From assembly GCA_964416985.1 (NCBI GenBank), contig CAYQFS010000001.1:19413-83412 (forward strand): 64,000 nt of DNA, written 5' to 3'. The notes under the pieces are model-generated. The model ran no database searches and was not told where the DNA came from. It worked only from the letters and a program-made list of their open reading frames with translations. Position 1 is the first letter of the stretch. Every line of letters starts with the position of its first letter. This DNA is from an uncultured Candidatus Saccharibacteria bacterium (GTDB taxonomy: Bacteria; Patescibacteriota; Minisyncoccia; Phycocordibacterales; PALSA-1337). The translations under genes and the position numbers were made by a program. Below are positions 59,243-64,000 of the stretch, piece by piece.

Positions 59243-60955
59243 ATGAAAACCTACCAGACTCGCAAAATTCTCACTGTTGAAGAGAAAAATAAATTGGGAA
59301 ATTATCCCGATCTTCTGACGCGGCTTCTTTTTCATCGAGGAATTACCAACAGAGAAATGTCTGAAAGTTTTCTCAATCCAAATTACGACACCCAGACGCA
59401 TGACCCATTTCTTTTGAAAGATGCTGAGAAAGCGGCAGAGAGAATTATAAAAGCGATACAAAATGACCAGAAAGTGGTCATTTATAGCGACTACGATACA
59501 GACGGCATTCCGGCAGGAGTCGCGCTTCACGATTTGTTTAAAAAAATTGGTTTCAAAAATTTCATAAATTATATTCCACATCGTCACGATGAAGGATTTG
59601 GATTAAATGAAGAGGCGATTAGGCAGTTTATCGAGGACAAAGTACAGCTTCTCATTACCATTGATTGCGGAATTGCAGATGTTGAACACGTGAAGCTCGC
59701 AGAGAAAAATGGCATCGACGTCATCATTACCGATCATCATTTGCCCGGAGAAAAACTTCCTCCGGCTTTTGCAATCGTCAATCCAAAACAGACTGACTGT
59801 AAGTATCCAGAAAAAATGCTCTGTGGTGCGGGAGTCATTTACAAAGTCATTCAGGCAGTTCTTCTTAAAAACAGATTTGGGATAAAGGAGGGTTGGGAAA
59901 AGTGGCTGCTTGATATGGTGGGTATTGCCACGCTCTCCGACATGGTGCCTCTCTCGGGGGAGAACAGGGTTTTTGCTCACTATGGACTGACAGTTCTCCG
60001 AAAAAGTCCACGAAAAGGCCTCGTGAGGCTTCTCAAAAAATTAAAAACGGATCAAAGATACCTTACCGAAGAGGATATTGGTTTTACAATTGGTCCCCGC
60101 ATTAACGCTGCATCGAGAATGGGAGTGCCGATGGATGCTTTTCTCCTTCTTTCGACAGATGATGATGTTGAGGCAGCACGGCTTGCGGATCATCTTGATC
60201 ATATTAATAATGAAAGAAAGGGAACAGTGGCGGCTCTCGTAAAAGAGGTAAAAAAACACGTTCACGAAAGGTACAAGGACAGTCCGGGTAGGGTTATTGT
60301 AATTGGAAATCCGGACTGGAAGCCGTCGCTTCTTGGTCTTGCTGCAAATACGGTGAGTGAAGAGTATTTGACGCCAGTTTTTCTCTGGGGCAGGGATGGC
60401 GACAATATAATAAAAGGTTCATGTCGTGCTGCAGGTTTGGTCAATCTGGTCGAGCTTATGAATGAAATTCCAGAAGGAAGTTTTATACAATTTGGAGGTC
60501 ATGCCGAATCAGGAGGGTTTGTGGTAAGCGGGTCGGAAATTCATACTCTTGAAGAAAAATTAAATACGGCGTATGAGAAAATTAAAAAACAAAAGAAAGA
60601 AATTATTTTGTATGTCGATACCGAGCTTACTCCTGATGATGTAAATTATGATACATACAGGCAGATAGAAAAAGTCGGGCCGTTCGGGACAGGGAATGAA
60701 AAGCCGCTGTTTATATTTAAAAATATTCTTCTCTCAAATGTGAAGCAATTTGGGAAAGAACAAAACCATCTTGAAATTTCCTTTAAAAAAACAAACGGCT
60801 CAAGTGTTACTGCGATCGGATTTTTTATGAAACCCTCAGATTATCCCTTGGTCAAACTGACGGCTGGCTCAACAATCTCTCTTGTGGCAACTATGGAGAA
60901 ATCCATGTTTCGAGGACGGCCAGAGCTTAGATTAAGGATTGTTGATATACTATAG
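59243..60955 (+). CDS. recJ: single-stranded-DNA-specific exonuclease RecJ
   Basis: Start at MKTYQTRK; DHH motifs (DYDTDGI, DHH), DHHA1, OB fold. Confidence 0.85.
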   Translation: MKTYQTRKILTVEEKNKLGNYPDLLTRLLFHRGITNREMSESFLNPNYDTQTHDPFLLKDAEKAAERIIKAIQNDQKVVIYSDYDTDGIPAGVALHDLFKKIGFKNFINYIPHRHDEGFGLNEEAIRQFIEDKVQLLITIDCGIADVEHVKLAEKNGIDVIITDHHLPGEKLPPAFAIVNPKQTDCKYPEKMLCGAGVIYKVIQAVLLKNRFGIKEGWEKWLLDMVGIATLSDMVPLSGENRVFAHYGLTVLRKSPRKGLVRLLKKLKTDQRYLTEEDIGFTIGPRINAASRMGVPMDAFLLLSTDDDVEAARLADHLDHINNERKGTVAALVKEVKKHVHERYKDSPGRVIVIGNPDWKPSLLGLAANTVSEEYLTPVFLWGRDGDNIIKGSCRAAGLVNLVELMNEIPEGSFIQFGGHAESGGFVVSGSEIHTLEEKLNTAYEKIKKQKKEIILYVDTELTPDDVNYDTYRQIEKVGPFGTGNEKPLFIFKNILLSNVKQFGKEQNHLEISFKKTNGSSVTAIGFFMKPSDYPLVKLTAGSTISLVATMEKSMFRGRPELRLRIVDIL

Positions 60956-60958
60956 TGC

Positions 60959-61453
60959 ATGAAAACTATTATCTACACTGACGGATCATCACGTGGCAAT
61001 CCTGGACCAGGAGGGTGGGGGGCTATTGTAATTTCAAATGGGAGAATACAGGAACTTGGTGGAAGGGAGGAAATGACAACGAACAACAGAATGGAACTCA
61101 AGGGAGCGATTGAGGCGCTGAGATCAATTGCCTCTGGAGCCGAAAATGAAATCGTAGTTCATTCTGATTCTCAATATGTGATAAAAGGAATTACAGAATG
61201 GATTTCTGGTTGGCAGAAAAAAGGTTGGAAAAATGCTCAGAAGAAAGCGGTGCTCAACAGAGATCTATGGGAAGAGCTACTCGGAGCAACTCAAGACAAA
61301 AATATTTCATGGAAATATGTTGCTGGACATTCCGACATTGCAGGGAATGAAAGATGCGACGAAATAGCTACACAGTTTGCTGATGGAGAAAAAGTATCAC
61401 TTTATAATGGAATTTTGGACAAATATTCCCTCGGAAAGGCCTTGACAGAGTAG
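60959..61453 (+). CDS. rnhA: ribonuclease HI
   Basis: IYTDGSSRGNPGPGGWGAIV...NNRMELKGAIEAL; DEDD catalytic residues. Confidence 0.9.
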   Translation: MKTIIYTDGSSRGNPGPGGWGAIVISNGRIQELGGREEMTTNNRMELKGAIEALRSIASGAENEIVVHSDSQYVIKGITEWISGWQKKGWKNAQKKAVLNRDLWEELLGATQDKNISWKYVAGHSDIAGNERCDEIATQFADGEKVSLYNGILDKYSLGKALTE

Positions 61454-61456
61454 CGA

Positions 61457-61517
61457 TTTTATCAAAACTTTATTTATTTTTTATCAGGATTTTATCTCGA
61501 TCTGTTATGGTTCTGAG
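61457..61517 (+). promoter_or_regulatory. conserved 5' element of comEC (shared with comM)
   Basis: ATTTTATCAAAACTTTATTTATTTTTTATCAGGATTTTATCTCGAT + similar 14 nt to ATG; identical 46-mer upstream of comM. Confidence 0.5.
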
Positions 61518-62867
61518 ATGTCCAAGAATAAAATATATTTCATAATCAGCGCTCTCCTTATTGGCATACTCTGTGTCCGTACGTATTCAGCTTTTCATAA
61601 TCCTAAAAAATCCGCTCTCAAGGAAAATGCTGGGAAAATAGTAACTTTTCAAGGGGAAATAAAGACAGAACCCCTCATCAAAGATTTTCTCCAGACATTT
61701 ACTCTTGAAACGACCGCTGGAGATTTTGTAAGAGTTGGAGCAGATCGATATGGAGAATTTGGCTATGGAGACAAGGTAAAAGTCACAGGGAAGCTTTCCT
61801 CACCGAGAAATTTTGAGGGAAAGGGAGGAAGAGTTTTTGATTATGTGAATTATCTTGGCAAAGACGAAATTTATTTTGAATTCAAAAAAGCTCGGGTAGA
61901 AGTGATTGAAAAAAGTGACGAGAAAAGTATCTCGCGCACCCTTTTCAATTTAAAAAGAAAATTTCTCGATAATCTCGGAAGAGTTTTGGGTGAACCTCAC
62001 GCTGCATTGGCGGGAGGACTTGTAGTGGGGGAGAAAGCGGCTCTCGGGAAGGATCTCATTGATGACTTTAGAAGAGCGGGGCTCATTCATATTGTTGTTC
62101 TTTCTGGATACAACATTACGATTATCGCCGCCATGATAAGGAGGATTCTTTCTTTTCTTCCTCGAACTGCCGGGATTATTGTTGGAGGAATTGGGATAAT
62201 TCTTTTTGGAATTCTTGTTGGTGGAGGGGCGACAGTTGTTCGTTCGTGCATCATGGCGATCATTGCACTCTCAGCGGAACTCTTTCGAAGGGAATACAAC
62301 GTCGTTCGCGCCCTCTTTATCGCTGCTCTTCTTATGCTTATCCAAAACCCTCTCATTCTTTTCTACGATCCTTCATTTCAGCTTTCGTTTCTTGCAACAC
62401 TGGGTCTCATTATGCTCTCTTCTCCTTTTGAAAAAAGACTCGGGTTCATTACCGAAAAATTTGGCATTCGCCCTCTCGTCGCTTCGACAACAGCCACCCA
62501 AGTTTTTGTTTCTCCTCTCATTTTTTATATGATGGGAGACCTTTCTATTGTTGGAATTTTTGTAAATATTGTTGTTTTACCCTTCATTCCTCTCACTATG
62601 CTCCTCGTCTCTCTTGCGGGTCTTCTGGGATTCATTTCAAATTTTCTCTCACAAATTTCAGGATGGGGAGCTCACATTCTTCTTTCGTATGAACTTTTTA
62701 TGGTTAGACAGGCTTCAGCACTGCCGTTTGCGGTAATATCTATTCCGGCATTTTCACTGCGGATTCTTGGAGGAATATATGTTCTGTATGCGGCAATTTT
62801 TCTCTATACGAGAAATCGAGGGGAGGAGACTATGCCTGAAGATTCTTTTCAATCACATCCCAATTAA
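61518..62867 (+). CDS. comEC: ComEC/Rec2 competence protein (DUF4131 + competence membrane domain; no MBL domain)
   Basis: 449 aa; N-terminal TM + OB-like region, then polytopic Competence domain. Confidence 0.75.
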   Translation: MSKNKIYFIISALLIGILCVRTYSAFHNPKKSALKENAGKIVTFQGEIKTEPLIKDFLQTFTLETTAGDFVRVGADRYGEFGYGDKVKVTGKLSSPRNFEGKGGRVFDYVNYLGKDEIYFEFKKARVEVIEKSDEKSISRTLFNLKRKFLDNLGRVLGEPHAALAGGLVVGEKAALGKDLIDDFRRAGLIHIVVLSGYNITIIAAMIRRILSFLPRTAGIIVGGIGIILFGILVGGGATVVRSCIMAIIALSAELFRREYNVVRALFIAALLMLIQNPLILFYDPSFQLSFLATLGLIMLSSPFEKRLGFITEKFGIRPLVASTTATQVFVSPLIFYMMGDLSIVGIFVNIVVLPFIPLTMLLVSLAGLLGFISNFLSQISGWGAHILLSYELFMVRQASALPFAVISIPAFSLRILGGIYVLYAAIFLYTRNRGEETMPEDSFQSHPN

Positions 62868-63417
62868 GGTTTGCAAAAAAGTCTTCTACATATTTTTTCT
62901 TTCCGGAAGGCTGATAGTCAGCAACAAACGAGTGTTCCCACATATCAAGTCCGAGAACAAGCGTGCAGTTCTGAAGTTGTCCCAAGTGCTGCTCATCAAT
63001 CCAGGCATTAAGAAGTCTCTTGTCGTTTCGATCGTAGTAGAGCATCGCCCAGCCAATGCCTCGAGTGAGAGCGAGATTTTTAAATTCAGAAAGCCATGCG
63101 TCAAATGAACCAAAATCTTTCTCGATCTTCTTTTTGAGATCGCCTGAGTCCTTGATTTCGTGTGCTCCTCCTTCAAGACTTGCAAAATAGACCTCATGGT
63201 TTCTCATTCCGTTATACTCAAATCCAAAACGGCGCATTACTTCTCCCAAAACATAGGCATTTTTGTCGCTGTCCTTTTTGAGCTCCTCGACTTTCTCGAG
63301 AATGAGGTTTGAATGCTTCACGTATCCTGAATAGAGCTTGAGATGCTCCTCGATTGTTTTCGCTGAGATGCCTTTTAGCTCTGGAATGGTGAATTTTTGC
63401 TCTTCAAATTTTTTCAT
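62830..63417 (-). CDS. sodA: Fe/Mn superoxide dismutase
   Basis: 195 aa; DMWEHSFVADYQ (D-x-W-E-H) motif, N-terminal His ligands. Confidence 0.9.
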   Translation of the reverse strand: MKKFEEQKFTIPELKGISAKTIEEHLKLYSGYVKHSNLILEKVEELKKDSDKNAYVLGEVMRRFGFEYNGMRNHEVYFASLEGGAHEIKDSGDLKKKIEKDFGSFDAWLSEFKNLALTRGIGWAMLYYDRNDKRLLNAWIDEQHLGQLQNCTLVLGLDMWEHSFVADYQPSGKKKYVEDFFANLNWDVIEKNLQA

Positions 63418-63522
63418 AAATGTTGTGTAATGGTTAATTTCTTACTAATCTTATCACGGAAATTTTATTTTTTCTTCATTTCGATATGCTAGATTCTTTG
63501 CATGAAGGAAACAAAGGAAAAA

Positions 63523-64000
63523 ATGAGGAAGTATTGGAAATGGGGAGCGGTCGTGCTTGGCCTTGCCCTCATTGCTCTTGGTGCTTATGTTTCTCATTTT
63601 GAACTTCGGGCCAAAGTTCTCGAAGCATACTTTTTTGATCTTGACCGAGGGAGATCGATCTTTTTGAGGACTCCTAACAACAAAAATATTCTCATTGATG
63701 GGGGACAGAACAGCCAGGTTCTTCGCGAGCTTACAAAAGTACTTCCTTTTTACAGGAGACGCATCGATACTGTGATCATTACAAATTCTCCCGCAAAAAA
63801 CGCTGGAGGCCTGAGCGAGGTTGTTCGCAGATATGATGTGGGGAAAATAATTGAACCCACTATTATGGGGACGAGTACAGCGCTTACTGCTCTCGAAAAA
63901 GAAATTGAAAAGAAAAATCTCGGGGATCAAAAAATGAAAAAAGGAGATAGTTTTGAAATAGACGGAGTGAAGTTCGATGTTCTTTTTCCTGATCCCGGAT
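63523..64000 (+). CDS. metallo-beta-lactamase-fold protein (ComEC C-terminal-like domain), 3' end beyond window
   Basis: MRKYWKWGAVVLGLALIALGAYV TM then FFDLDRGRSIFLRTPNNKNILIDGG MBL motif I-like; no stop inside window so absent from ORF track. Confidence 0.65.
   Translation, partial: MRKYWKWGAVVLGLALIALGAYVSHFELRAKVLEAYFFDLDRGRSIFLRTPNNKNILIDGGQNSQVLRELTKVLPFYRRRIDTVIITNSPAKNAGGLSEVVRRYDVGKIIEPTIMGTSTALTALEKEIEKKNLGDQKMKKGDSFEIDGVKFDVLFPDPG

Noticed and set aside
63454-63930. 158-aa - strand ORF in the ORF track
   Set aside because: It is antisense to a + strand ORF (63523 to window end) that has a TM helix plus a clear metallo-beta-lactamase/ComEC-like motif. The - strand product has no recognisable features.
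1-64000. CRISPR arrays
   Set aside because: No regularly spaced direct repeats of 24-48 nt were seen anywhere in the window. The ring-nuclease island is therefore not next to a type III locus here.

Overview
This is a low-GC (about 40%) bacterial chromosomal window that spans the replication origin: rpmH-rnpA-yidC on the + strand facing dnaA-dnaN on the - strand, with DnaA boxes in the flanking intergenic regions. The gene content (short YidC, many secreted hypothetical proteins, membrane H+/Na+-pyrophosphatase, split ComEC, type IV pilus genes, a VirB4/VirB6-type T4SS-like cluster) suggests a small-genome Patescibacteria/CPR-like organism; that is inference. Housekeeping genes recognised from motifs include tyrS (partial), class A PBP, ksgA, pcrA/uvrD, comM, dksA-like, rpsO, xerC/D-type recombinase, xth, cca, four tRNAs (Arg-TCG, Gly-GCC, Pro-TGG, Gly-TCC), yraN-like, hup, rny, clpP, rsmE, tig, hppA, nusA, pilB, pilC, three pseudopilins, tpiA, pgk, HIT, recJ, rnhA and sodA. 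Three GC-rich islands (50-60% GC) stand out against this background. The top candidate for an undescribed system is island 36.56-38.50 kb. It is a self-contained + strand operon with a consensus sigma70 promoter, a DUF1874 (Crn2/AcrIII-1-like) cyclic-tetra-adenylate ring nuclease, a textbook hammerhead ribozyme in the intergenic spacer, a 2TM protein with a Rossmann-like cytoplasmic domain, a 90-aa ORF and its own terminator. Island 43.2-44.6 kb holds three small unknown ORFs with a duplicated promoter motif and convergent terminators, and island 58.5-59.1 kb holds one unknown 185-aa ORF. A roughly 60-nt conserved 5' element is shared by comM and comEC, marking a competence regulon. The large T4SS-like cluster at 7.8-19.8 kb has no relaxase or coupling protein.
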